From the NCBI GenBank assembly GCA_958423465.1, contig CATZRD010000006.1, positions 21,712 through 85,711 of the forward strand: a stretch of DNA of 64,000 nucleotides, written 5' to 3'. This DNA comes from an uncultured Oscillospiraceae bacterium. Lineage in GTDB: Bacteria > Bacillota > Clostridia > Oscillospirales > Oscillospiraceae. Of this stretch, positions 39,832-49,424 are shown in pieces; the first letter of the stretch is position 1, and every line of letters begins with the position of its first letter. The position numbers and the translations under genes were made by a program. Below the pieces are notes generated by a model. It made no database searches. It had not been told where the DNA came from and worked only from the letters and a program-made list of their open reading frames with translations.

Positions 39832-40679
39832 TGCTGCACCTCCTTGGAGCGGGTTGCCCGAAGCTGGATGGCGGAAATAGCGATGACCAGCAGGCAGAAG
39901 ATGACCGCCTTGGCCTGGCCGTAGCCCTTCCACTGGGCTCCGGAGCGTCCGTAGAATGTGTTGTAGATATTCAGCGCCAGACCCTCGGTGAGATGCTTCG
40001 GCTCGCCGCCGGTGAGGGCCAGGTTCTGATCGAAGAGCTTAAAGCCGTTGGTCAGGGTCAGGAACAGGCAGATGGTGATGGAGGGCATGACATTGGGGAT
40101 CTTGACCTTCCACAGGGTCTGCCAGCTGTTGGCCCCGTCGATCTTCGCCGCCTCCAGATAGTCCGTGGGGATGGACTGGAGGCCGGCAATATAAATGATC
40201 ATCATGTAGCCGATCTGCTGCCAGCACATCAGGATCACAAGACCCCAGAAGCCGTAGGTAGCGTCCAGACTCAGCAGAGGCTTTTCCAGCAGCGCCAGGG
40301 CACAGTTGAGCAGGATCTGCCAGATGTAGCCCAGCACGATGCCGCCGATGAGGTTGGGCATAAAGTACACGGTACGGAAGACATTGGTCCCCTTGATGTT
40401 CCGCGTCAGTGCCAGGGCGATGGCGAAGGCCGCCACGTTGATGAGCAAGGTGGAAACGACCGTAAAGGCGGCGCTGAAGCCGAAGGCATGGAGAAATTCC
40501 GAGTCCGTCAGAGCGTACGCGTAGTTTTTGATGCCGTTCCAGCTGGCCTTGTCAATGGTGATGAACCGGCAGAAGGACAGGTACAGCCCCTGCAGGAACG
40601 GCCAGACGAAGCCCACCATGAACGCGGCTACGGTAGGCAGGAGAAACACCGGCCACCACTTTTTCAGCGTTCTTTGCAA
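39828..40679 (-). CDS. carbohydrate ABC transporter permease (MalF-like)
   Basis: EAA motif (EAAKIDGANSWQTLWKVKIP); TTG start after AGGAGGG RBS. Confidence 0.75.
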   Translation of the reverse strand: MQRTLKKWWPVFLLPTVAAFMVGFVWPFLQGLYLSFCRFITIDKASWNGIKNYAYALTDSEFLHAFGFSAAFTVVSTLLINVAAFAIALALTRNIKGTNVFRTVYFMPNLIGGIVLGYIWQILLNCALALLEKPLLSLDATYGFWGLVILMCWQQIGYMMIIYIAGLQSIPTDYLEAAKIDGANSWQTLWKVKIPNVMPSITICLFLTLTNGFKLFDQNLALTGGEPKHLTEGLALNIYNTFYGRSGAQWKGYGQAKAVIFCLLVIAISAIQLRATRSKEVQQ

Positions 40680-40785
40680 AATGATCCCTCCTCTTTTTAA
40701 AAAGGGGAGGGCGGGCAGCGCCCACCCTCCCGGTTCCGCCGCTGCGCGGAAACTTGAATCGTGATGCGAAAAGCGGTGCTGGGGA

Positions 40786-42177
40786 TCAGCCCTTCAGAGC
40801 CTCGTACTCGCTGGCCCAGCCGTCCACGAAAGCGGAGACCACGGCGTCCCAGTCGCCGGTACCGGCGGCATAAGCGGTCAGGGCGGAGCCAAGATCGTTC
40901 TTCCAGTTCTCAGAAGGCATGGTGGGGAAGTTCCAGGACACGGGGGTCTTGCCGGCGGCGGTCATCTCCTGATCCTGCTTGACGAACAGGTTGGGGGACT
41001 CCACGGCGGACTTGAAGGGGATGACGAAGCCCATGTCGTTGGCCATGGCCTGGGTGCCCTTATCGGAAGTGACGCACCAGTTCATGAAGTCCAGGGTGGC
41101 CTGGATGTTCTCCTCGGAAGCGGAGTTGTTGACGCACCAGTAGTTCTCGGTGCCGGTGCACAGGCCCTGGTTGGCCTCGTCGCCCACGCCGATGTAGATG
41201 GGGATCATGGCCAGGTCGTCATCCGTGAACTTGCCGTCGCCTACCAGGTTGCCGTACTCCCAGGAACCGTTCTGGAAGAACACGGCCTGGCCGGCCAGGA
41301 ACTCGTTGCGGGAGTCGTCGCCGGTCTTGCCGGCCAGATCCGCGGGGCTGCAGGTGGAGTTGTTGATGTACAGATCAAAGATGTCCTTGTAGTTGTCCAG
41401 ATAGGTGCCCTTGATGGCCTCGGTGGTGCCGATGCCGTCGGCCTGGTACTCAAAGTAGATGGGCAGGTTGGCCAGGTGGGTCTTGAAGCGCCAGTCGGAG
41501 GAACCGTCCATACCGGTGGAGGAGAAGGCGGCGAAGCCCAGCTCGTCCTTGCGGGCGGTGATGTCCTCGGCGACCTTCTTCAGATCGGCGAAGCTCTTGA
41601 TGTCATCCACAGAAGATCGGCGAAGCTCTTGATGTCATCCACAGAGTAGCCGGCCTGCTGGAGCAGGGTCTTGTTGGTGATGAGGCCGTAGGACTCGATG
41701 ACGTAGGCGATGCCCAGCACGGCGTCCTCGTCCTTCAGGGCGAAGTCCTCGCTGGTCAGCTCGCCCAGGATGGCGGAGCCGTTGAGATCCAGGCAGTAGT
41801 CCTTCCAGTTGGCAAGACCCACAGGGCCGTTGACCTGGAAGAGGGTGGGCGGATTGCTCTTGGCGATCTCGCTCATCAGGGTCTCCTCATAGGTGCCGGA
41901 GGCGGCGGTGACCACGGTGACAGGCACGCCGGTCTCCTCGGTGTAGGCCTTGGCCAGGGCCTGCCAGGCGTCGTTCTGCTCAGGCTTGAAGTTCAGGTAG
42001 TAGACCTCGCCCTTGGCGTCCTTGGAGGGCTCGTTGGTCTTGTCGGTGTCAGCGGGCTGGTTGGTGTCGCTGGGGGTGTTGGTGTCGCTGGGTTTGTTGG
42101 CGTTGTTGCCGCAGCCGGCCAGCAGGCCGATGAACAGCGCGGCGACAAGAGTCAGCGCAAGCAGTCTTTTCTTCATT
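40786..42177 (-). pseudogene. extracellular solute-binding protein (family 1 sugar SBP) disrupted by frameshifting 32-bp tandem duplication
   Basis: Lipoprotein signal MKKRLLALTLVAALFIGLLAGC at comp 42175-42177; two consecutive ORFs share the duplicated peptide DDIKSFADL; removing one 32-bp copy restores a single ~455-aa frame. Confidence 0.7.
41582..41645. repeat. perfect 2 x 32-bp tandem direct duplication (AGATCGGCGAAGCTCTTGATGTCATCCACAGA)
   Basis: Identical copies at 41582-41613 and 41614-41645. Confidence 0.9.
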
Positions 42178-42235
42178 TGGTAAGATCCTCCTTCAAAATT
42201 TCGCGATGGTGTTTTGACCATCCCTGGGCCGCCTG

Positions 42236-42264
42236 GAAACGTTTCATTGGAAACGTTTCCAACT
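42236..42264. promoter_or_regulatory. tandem palindromic operators TGGAAACGTTTCA / TTGGAAACGTTTCCAA (LacI-family / cre-like)
   Basis: Two copies of perfect palindrome GAAACGTTTC just downstream of minus-strand promoter (-35 TTGTAC comp 42301-42306, -10 TAGAAT comp 42278-42283). Confidence 0.6.
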
Positions 42265-42455
42265 GGCCATGTCACAATTCTACTCCGCTTTTTCCAAAAG
42301 TACAAGAGGAAAATGCACGAAACCAACAACTTTGTTGAAACTGTGAGAAATAGACCGGTTGGTTTTAGTAAATATGACGGCAAAAGCCGCCGAACATTGG
42401 AAAAAAGTCCAGTGTCCGGCGGCTCTGTACCCCTTGCGGAAGGGGAGGGGGCGGC

Positions 42456-43544
42456 TCAGTCGCCGCTGATGCCCAGCTCCACCCACAGGTCGTTATAGAG
42501 GGTGTTGGTCTCGTCGGGGAGGAGGTGATAGGGCTCGCAGCGGTCCAAAACCTCCTTGGAGGGGGCCATGATGGCGTACAGCTCCGGGTCAAGGGGCTCG
42601 CCGTAGGTCTCCTGATAGTAGGCGGGGTACTGCTCCAGCGCTTCCCGGTTGGGGGAGGCGTACCAGATATAGTCCATGTTCTTCAGGCTGGCCTCGGTGA
42701 AGCAGATGAAGTTGATCCACGCCTCCGCCTCCTCCTTGTGCTCCGCGTCCTTCAGCACGCACATGGCGTCCACGAACCAGTTGCTGCCCTCGTCGGGGAT
42801 CACAAACCGCAGGTCCTGGTTGTTGCTGTACATACTGAGAAAGTCCCCGGCGTAGTAGGCGCAGATGGTGGTCTCCCCGGCCTCCATCTTGTCGTAAAGC
42901 TCATCCATGAAGAAGCCCTGATACACCCCGGCGGCCTTGGCGTCGGCGATGAGCTGGAAGGCCTCCCGGATCTGAGCCTCGTCGGTGGTGTTCACGGAGT
43001 AGCCCAGGCGCATGAGGCCGATGCCGATGGCGTCCCGGGGATTGCGGATCATGGCGATCTGCCCCGTGTACAGCTCGTCAAACATGGCGCCCCAGCTGGA
43101 CAGGGGGTAGTCGCACTTGGCGCTGTTGTAGATCACGCCCAGAGTGCCCCAGGTGTAGGGTACGGTGTACCTGTTCTCCGGGTCGTAGTCCAGATTTTTA
43201 TACTGATCGTCAATGAGATCGAAGTTGGGGATGTTGTCGTAGTTCAGCTCCGCCAGCAGGCCCTCCCGGATCAGCCGGGCGATCATGTAGTCCGAGGGGA
43301 CGATGACGTCGTAATCCCCGCCGCCGCTCTGGATCTGGGAGTACATCATCTCATTGCTTTCCGCTTCCTTGTAGTTGACCTTGATACCAGTTTCTTCCTC
43401 AAACTGCTCAATGAGGTCCGGGTCGATATTCTCGCCCCAGCCGCACACGTTGACCACCCGCTGCTTATCAGAGCCGCCGGAACAGGCGCTGAGCAGGGCC
43501 AGCGCCATGGAAAGGGCCAACATCAAGGCGATTGCTTTTTTCAA
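42456..43544 (-). CDS. potD: spermidine/putrescine ABC transporter substrate-binding protein
   Basis: Lipoprotein signal (LSAC) and PotD-family sequence. Confidence 0.85.
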   Translation of the reverse strand: MKKAIALMLALSMALALLSACSGGSDKQRVVNVCGWGENIDPDLIEQFEEETGIKVNYKEAESNEMMYSQIQSGGGDYDVIVPSDYMIARLIREGLLAELNYDNIPNFDLIDDQYKNLDYDPENRYTVPYTWGTLGVIYNSAKCDYPLSSWGAMFDELYTGQIAMIRNPRDAIGIGLMRLGYSVNTTDEAQIREAFQLIADAKAAGVYQGFFMDELYDKMEAGETTICAYYAGDFLSMYSNNQDLRFVIPDEGSNWFVDAMCVLKDAEHKEEAEAWINFICFTEASLKNMDYIWYASPNREALEQYPAYYQETYGEPLDPELYAIMAPSKEVLDRCEPYHLLPDETNTLYNDLWVELGISGD

Positions 43545-43603
43545 TTGATCATTCCTCCAATTCTGATTTGATGTATTTCACGGGCTTTGCCGTAAAATCC
43601 GCG

Positions 43604-44467
43604 CTACTGCTTCCGCTGGGCCAGGGCCTTCTCCTGCCGGGCCTCCCGGACGTTGACGATGATGAGCAGCACCAGCACCGTCACGAACAGCAGGGAGGAG
43701 ATGGCGTTGATCTTGGGGCTGATGCGCTTTTTGGTCATGCCGTAGACCACCATGGCCAGGGTAGAGGTGGAGGACCCGGCGGTGAAGTAGGAGATGACGA
43801 AGTCGTCCACGCTCATGGTGAAGGCGATGAGGGCCCCGCTGACGATGCCCGGCTTGATCTCCGGCAGCACCACCTTCCAGAAGGCCTGCATCCAGGTGCA
43901 GCCCAGGTCCTGGGCTGCGTCAATGAGGTTTTTGTCCATCTGCCGCAGCTTGGGCATGACGGACAGCAGCACATAGGGGATGTCAAAGGTGATATGGGCG
44001 ATGAGGAGGGTGGCGAAGCCCATGTGGAGCCGGGTGGGCAGGTCCCAGCCGAAGGTCCCGTTGAGCCATCCGGCGAAGGAGGACCAGCCGGAGAAGAACG
44101 CCACGAACAGCAGGCACAGGCTCACGCCGGTGACGATATCCGCGTTGGTCATGGGGATGTTGTTCAGCGTCAGCAGGGGCGCGCGCCACCGCTTTTTCAT
44201 GTTGAAGAAGCCCACGGCGGCAAAGGTCCCCGCCACGGTGGCGATGAGGGTGGCGATGAGGGATACCAGAAGGGTGGTGGTGAGCGCGCTCATGATGGAG
44301 CTGTCCCGCAGCAGCTCCTCGTACCAGTGAAGGGAAAAGCCCTGCCAGACGGTGCGGCTCTTGGAGGAGTTGAAGGAAAAGACCATGAGCACGAAAATGG
44401 GCGCGTAGAGGAACAGGAACACCAGCGCCATAAAGAAGCGATTCAGAGCGGAGCCGGACTTTTTCAT
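43604..44467 (-). CDS. potC: spermidine/putrescine ABC transporter permease
   Basis: 6-TM permease with EAA-like loop (DAAQDLGCTWMQAFWKVVLP). Confidence 0.85.
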   Translation of the reverse strand: MKKSGSALNRFFMALVFLFLYAPIFVLMVFSFNSSKSRTVWQGFSLHWYEELLRDSSIMSALTTTLLVSLIATLIATVAGTFAAVGFFNMKKRWRAPLLTLNNIPMTNADIVTGVSLCLLFVAFFSGWSSFAGWLNGTFGWDLPTRLHMGFATLLIAHITFDIPYVLLSVMPKLRQMDKNLIDAAQDLGCTWMQAFWKVVLPEIKPGIVSGALIAFTMSVDDFVISYFTAGSSTSTLAMVVYGMTKKRISPKINAISSLLFVTVLVLLIIVNVREARQEKALAQRKQ

Positions 44468-45348
44468 AGCATCACCGCCTGTTCCTCGCCCTCACCGAAG
44501 CGATTCATCACCGCCATGCACACCACCACGATGACCATCATCACCAGGGAGATGGCGGAGCCCAGATAGGGGTTGTAGGTAGCGCCCAGAAACTGCTGCT
44601 CGATCAGGTCCCCCAGGAGCAGCTCGTTGCTGCCGCCCAGCAGCTTGGAGATGGCGAAGGTGGACACCGAGGGGACGAACACCATGGTCACGCCGGAGAG
44701 GACCCCGGGCAGGCTCAGGGGCAGGATCACCTTCCGGAACACGCCCACGCTGTTGGCGCCCAGGTCCCGGGCGGCTTCCACCAGGGAATTGTCCAGCTTT
44801 TCGATGACGGAGTAGATGGGGAGGATCATGAAGGGCAGGTAGTTATAGACCATGCCCAGCACCACGGCTCCCTGGGTATTGATCATGTGGAAATACTCGA
44901 TATTTGTGCCGAAGAGCCGGTTGATGAGATCAAACAGCCCGATGGCGGCGAAAAAGCGGTTGAGAAGTCCCGTATTCTCCAGAATGGACATCCAGGAGTA
45001 GGTCCTCAGCAGAAAGTTCATCCACATGGGCAGCATGACGAGCATCATGGCGATCCGCTGGAACCGGGGGCTCTCCCGGGAGATCATATAGGCGATGGGG
45101 TAGCCGATGAGCAGGCAGACGGCCGTGGCAACGATGGCCAGCTTAAAGGAACGGGTGAACACCACCATGTAGCCGCCCATTTTGGAGAAGTTCTCCAGGG
45201 TAAAGCCGCCGGCGGCGGAGGAAAAGGCGTAGATCACCACCAGAACGATGGGAGCCACCACGAAAAGCGCCATCCAGCCCACATAGGGTACGGCGAACAG
45301 GGCGCGCTTATTCTTCACGGCTGCCCTCCCGGGGGGCGTCCTCCTCAT
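44464..45348 (-). CDS. potB: spermidine/putrescine ABC transporter permease
   Basis: Permease with [20 protein letters not shown] loop; 4-nt overlap with potC. Confidence 0.85.
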   Translation of the reverse strand: MRRTPPGRAAVKNKRALFAVPYVGWMALFVVAPIVLVVIYAFSSAAGGFTLENFSKMGGYMVVFTRSFKLAIVATAVCLLIGYPIAYMISRESPRFQRIAMMLVMLPMWMNFLLRTYSWMSILENTGLLNRFFAAIGLFDLINRLFGTNIEYFHMINTQGAVVLGMVYNYLPFMILPIYSVIEKLDNSLVEAARDLGANSVGVFRKVILPLSLPGVLSGVTMVFVPSVSTFAISKLLGGSNELLLGDLIEQQFLGATYNPYLGSAISLVMMVIVVVCMAVMNRFGEGEEQAVML

Positions 45349-46512
45349 CCGCGTCCAGCATGGTCACGTCGTCCATCCCCTCGTACTCCTCGGAGTAGGA
45401 GCTGTAGTCGCCGAACATGCCGGAATACTGGCTCTTGTGCATGATGTGGATGTCGTCGGGGTTGAGGGTGATGCCGATGACCTCCCCCACCTCATGGCAG
45501 TCCGTGGTCTGGATCAGCCACTTGAAGCCCTTGAAGTCCACGATGGTGTCGTAGTGGACGCCCTTGAAGGTGACGGAGGTGACGGTGCCCTTCAGCTGCC
45601 CCTTTTCCGGGGGGACGATGTCGATGTCCTCGGGACGGATGACCACGTCCACCGGCTCCATGGGGGCGAAGCCCTTGTCCAGACACTTGAACTTCCGGTT
45701 GAAGAACTCCACCACATAGTCCTGGTGCATCACGCCGTCCAGAATATTGCTCTCGCCGATGAAGTCCGCCACAAAGGCGTTCTTCGGCTCGTTGTACACG
45801 TCCTCGGGGGTGCCGATCTGCTGGATCTTTCCCTGGTCCATGACCACGATGGTGTCGCTCATAGCCAGAGCCTCCTCCTGGTCGTGGGTGACGTAGATGA
45901 AGGTGATGCCCAGCTGCTGCTGGATGCGCTTCAGCTCGTTCTGCATGTCCTTGCGCAGGCGCAGGTCCAAAGCCCCCAGCGGCTCGTCCAGCAGCAGCAC
46001 CTTGGGCCGGTTCACCAGGGCCCGGGCGATGGCCACCCGCTGCTGCTGTCCGCCGGACAGCTCGTTGATGCGGCGGTTCTCAAAGCCCTTCAGGCTCACC
46101 ACCTCCAGCATCTCCAGTACCCGCTGGCGGATCTCCGATTCGGGAATCTTCGTCTTTTTCTTTTTGGACCGGCCATTTTCCTCCACCGTCTCCGTCTTGC
46201 CGATGCGCAGGCCGAAGGCCACGTTCTCAAAGACGTTCAGGTGGGGGAAGAGGGCGTACCGCTGGAACACGGTGTTGACCTGCCGCAGATGGGGGGGAAT
46301 ATCATTGATCCTCACCCCGTCGAACAGCACTTCGCCAGAAGTGGGCGTCAAAAAGCCGCCAATGATGCGCAAGGTGGTGGTCTTGCCGCAGCCACTGGGT
46401 CCGAGCAGCGTGAGGAACTCACTGTCATTAAAATATAGATTGATGTGATCGAGAACCAGCTCGCCGTCAAACGCCATGCTGCAGTCAACAAGGCGAATCA
46501 ACTCTTTGGACA
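45308..46512 (-). CDS. potA: spermidine/putrescine ABC transporter ATP-binding protein
   Basis: Walker [10 protein letters not shown], signature LSGGQQQR, Walker B LLLDEP; ATG at comp 46510-46512 with GGAGGA RBS (track start 46678 is an extension). Confidence 0.85.
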
Positions 46513-46636
46513 TGTATCCTCCCCCATTCCTTCTCCATAAATTCAGCCCCAACAAGACCCGGTTCCAGGTGCTGTCAAGGCGTAGAAAATCGCCTGCTTC
46601 CCCTGAGTATTTCTCCCCGGAGAAGCAGGCAAGCAT

Positions 46637-46665
46637 ACTATATCTTCTTTGTGTCGAAATGTCAA
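46637..46665 (-). promoter_or_regulatory. SigA promoter of potABCD (-35 TTGACA, 17 nt, -10 TATAGT)
   Basis: Hexamers at comp 46660-46665 and comp 46637-46642. Confidence 0.55.
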
Positions 46666-46705
46666 TGAAATTGCGCAAAAAAATGGGGAAATTTTTGAGT
46701 TTTTT

Positions 46706-47578
46706 TCAGAGATCGGCTCCTGGAGAAGGAAAGGAGGCCGGCTCCCGCCGGCGGGAGATTCCGGGGGCCGCCCCCGGACCGGATGTTGCCTCCGGCGGGA
46801 CCCTCTCCGGCAGCGGATCAGTCCCCGCCAGAAAATGGTCCTCCTCCTGAAACTCCGTCATGGTGTCCCAGTACCGCCTGGGCATGTGGGTTTGGCGCAG
46901 CTTGGGATTGTGGCGCTCCCGGATCTCGATGGTGTCGTAGAACCGTTTCCAGAGGCGGCGGTACTGGGCCTCCGCCGCCGAGGGGGCCGCCATGCGGAAA
47001 TCCTCCAGCGGGAGGATGGCCCATTTGCCCGGCTGATGGACCAGGGCCTCCCGGTGGGTGCGGTCATAGAGCAGGAAGGTCTCGTTGTACATCCTGGCGC
47101 AGAAGTGGCTCCGCAGAATGGGCAGCACCCGGTTCTTTGGCCGGATCTCCCCGGCCAGGGTGCCCTCGAAGTCGGAGAACCGGGTGAAGCCCTTCAGCAG
47201 ATGGACCTCCCCGTCCAGGTGGCGCACCGCCTTCAGCAGGGGGAGCACCGCGTCGTCGCTGAGCTGGCGCAGCAGAGGCTTTCCCACGTCGTACAGGGCA
47301 TGGATAAAGCGGTAGAGGATCATCTCCCGGTCCTCCGCGCAGGTGAGGAAGCCCTTGACCACCAGCTCCCTGGCCCAGGGGTCGATCTTCTCCAGACTCG
47401 CCAGGATCCGCCGCGCGTGGCGCGGGTCCGTCCCTACCCAGCGGACGGGGAACAGGGTCTGGACCAGATGCGCCTCGTCCTGGAAGGCGGCGGGCGGCTC
47501 TTTGTTTACATAGCTGTCGAACACGCAGCACAGGAACCCCTCAAAGGTCCCGTCGTAGCGGTAGATCATTTCATTCAT
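46706..47578 (-). CDS. TIGR03915-family putative DNA metabolism/repair protein (partner of the DNA-modification radical SAM protein)
   Basis: Recalled family resemblance (~290 aa, N-terminal MNEMIYRYDGTFEGFLCCVF...) and synteny with the radical SAM gene. Confidence 0.55.
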   Translation of the reverse strand: MNEMIYRYDGTFEGFLCCVFDSYVNKEPPAAFQDEAHLVQTLFPVRWVGTDPRHARRILASLEKIDPWARELVVKGFLTCAEDREMILYRFIHALYDVGKPLLRQLSDDAVLPLLKAVRHLDGEVHLLKGFTRFSDFEGTLAGEIRPKNRVLPILRSHFCARMYNETFLLYDRTHREALVHQPGKWAILPLEDFRMAAPSAAEAQYRRLWKRFYDTIEIRERHNPKLRQTHMPRRYWDTMTEFQEEDHFLAGTDPLPERVPPEATSGPGAAPGISRRREPASFPSPGADL

Positions 47579-47595
47579 CGCTGCCAGTCACTCCC

Positions 47596-47982
47596 TCACG
47601 AAAGGGACAGTCCTTTCCGCCAGCCGGGCGCCGGACCGATCTCTCCCCAGTATTCCGTCATCTGAAGGATCTTCCCGTTTCTCCACTGATAAAACGTCAC
47701 CGCCCGGGAGGCGAGACCCTCGGCTGACCATACCCTGGCTACCGAATAGCTGCCGTCTTCCGCGATCCTCTCGACCTGGCCGCTCCACTGTCCCGGGTAG
47801 TCGCAGTTTGCCCGGAGATAACCCGGCAGGTCGAACCGCTCCCCGGAATTCGGCCAAAGAATCTGGGCGTCAACAGTAAAAAACCGGGCCAGCTCGTGGG
47901 CGTCCTGCCTGGCAATGGCCTGCCACAGGTCCAGAATAAAGGCTTCCCGCCTCATGGCGGCGCTTTCCGCTTCACGATCCAT
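47596..47982 (-). CDS. NTF2-like / SnoaL-like small protein
   Basis: 128 aa; GGAAGGAG RBS 8 nt upstream of ATG; lies between the two genes of the radical-SAM pair. Confidence 0.5.
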   Translation of the reverse strand: MDREAESAAMRREAFILDLWQAIARQDAHELARFFTVDAQILWPNSGERFDLPGYLRANCDYPGQWSGQVERIAEDGSYSVARVWSAEGLASRAVTFYQWRNGKILQMTEYWGEIGPAPGWRKGLSLS

Positions 47983-48004
47983 TCTGCATACTCCTTCCCG
48001 TTTT

Positions 48005-49273
48005 CTATCCCACGCTGTCGAACAGGCTCAGCTGCTCCCCCTCCCAGGGGGGCAGGGAGGCCCGCTCCAGGCTGACGAGGCTGCGCAGAACGCTCTCCCG
48101 GCTCAGCCGAAGGCCCTCCAGGATACGGCCCTTGCAGGTGATGAAATACTGGGCCCGCTTCATCACCACCCCCAGCTTTCTAAGATCCTCATGCTCCAGC
48201 TTCCTGGCCCGGCGGGCGTACAGGATGCGCCTGGCGGACACCACCCCGATCCCCGGCACCCGCAGCAGAGCTTCCCGGCCGGCGGTGTTCACCTCCACCG
48301 GGAAAAATTCCGGATGATTGAGGGCCCAGGAGCACTTGGGGTCCACCAGAGGGTTGAAGTTGGGGTTGTCCTCGTCCAGCAGCTCCTCCGCCCGGAAGCC
48401 ATAGAACCGCAGCAGCCAGTCCGCCTGGTACAGCCGGTGCTCCCGCAGCAGGGGCGGCTTGGTGTCCAGAGCGGGGAGCAGGGAGCTTTCCACCACCGGC
48501 ACATAGGCAGAATAGAACACCCGTTTGAGGCCGTATTTGTCGTACAGTCCCTGGGTCAGGCTGAGAATATGCCGGTCCGTGTCCGGCGTGGCCCCCACGA
48601 TCATCTGGGTGCTCTGGCCTGCCGGGGCGAAGCGGGGGGCGTGGCGGTATTTCACCAGCTCCTCCTTGTTCTCCCGGAGGGTGGAGGTAATGAGGCCCAT
48701 GGGGCGGAAGATGGCCTTGCGGGTCTTGTTGGGGGCCAAGGTCTGGAGCCCCTGCTCCGAGGGCAGCTCGATGTTCACGCTGAGCCGGTCCGCCAGGAGG
48801 CCCAGCCGCGTCACCAGCTCCGGGGCGGCCCCGGGGATAGTCTTGGCGTGGATATAGCCGTTGAAGCGGTACTGATTTCGCAGCAGCTCCAGACATCGGA
48901 TCATGCGTTCCATGGTATAGTCCGGGCTGACCAGCACCCCGGAGGAGAGGAACAGTCCCTCGATGTAGTTGCGGCGGTAAAACTGGATGGTCAGGTCCGC
49001 CAGCTCCTCCGGCGTAAACACCACCCGGCGGGTGTCGTTGGAGCAGCGGTTGACGCAGTATTTGCAGTCGTAGACGCAGCAGTTGGTCATCAGCACCTTC
49101 AGCAGCGTGACGCACCGGCCGTCGGCGGAAAAGGTGTGGCAGCAGCCCGCCACAGAGGAGGAGGTGTTGCCGATCCAGCCCGGGCGGCTGCCCCGCCTGG
49201 CCCCGGAGCTGGTGCAGGCGGCGTCATATTTGGCGGCGTCCGTCAGGATCGTCAGCTTTTCCATGACATCCAT
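48005..49273 (-). CDS. putative DNA modification/repair radical SAM protein (TIGR03916-like)
   Basis: CxxxCxxC radical SAM cluster motif (CVYDCKYC) and C-terminal HhH-like region. Confidence 0.7.
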   Translation of the reverse strand: MDVMEKLTILTDAAKYDAACTSSGARRGSRPGWIGNTSSSVAGCCHTFSADGRCVTLLKVLMTNCCVYDCKYCVNRCSNDTRRVVFTPEELADLTIQFYRRNYIEGLFLSSGVLVSPDYTMERMIRCLELLRNQYRFNGYIHAKTIPGAAPELVTRLGLLADRLSVNIELPSEQGLQTLAPNKTRKAIFRPMGLITSTLRENKEELVKYRHAPRFAPAGQSTQMIVGATPDTDRHILSLTQGLYDKYGLKRVFYSAYVPVVESSLLPALDTKPPLLREHRLYQADWLLRFYGFRAEELLDEDNPNFNPLVDPKCSWALNHPEFFPVEVNTAGREALLRVPGIGVVSARRILYARRARKLEHEDLRKLGVVMKRAQYFITCKGRILEGLRLSRESVLRSLVSLERASLPPWEGEQLSLFDSVG

Positions 49274-49359
49274 GTCCCCACCCCCAGTACAAAACATTTG
49301 TTCGATAACAGTATACCGCGGGAGAAGTCCAAAGTCAAGAGAAAGTTTTTCGACTTTTT

Positions 49360-49407
49360 CTTGACAATACGAACGATCGTTAGTATACTGAGACTAACGA
49401 TTGTTCG
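49360..49407 (+). promoter_or_regulatory. SigA promoter (TTGACA-17-TATACT) with overlapping 16-bp inverted-repeat operator (ACGAACGATCGTTAGT ... ACTAACGATTGTTCGT)
   Basis: -35 at 49360-49365, -10 at 49383-49388; IR arms 49368-49383 and 49392-49407 with one mismatch; immediately upstream of TetR gene. Confidence 0.6.
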
Positions 49408-49424
49408 TATTGGAGGAATCAGAG

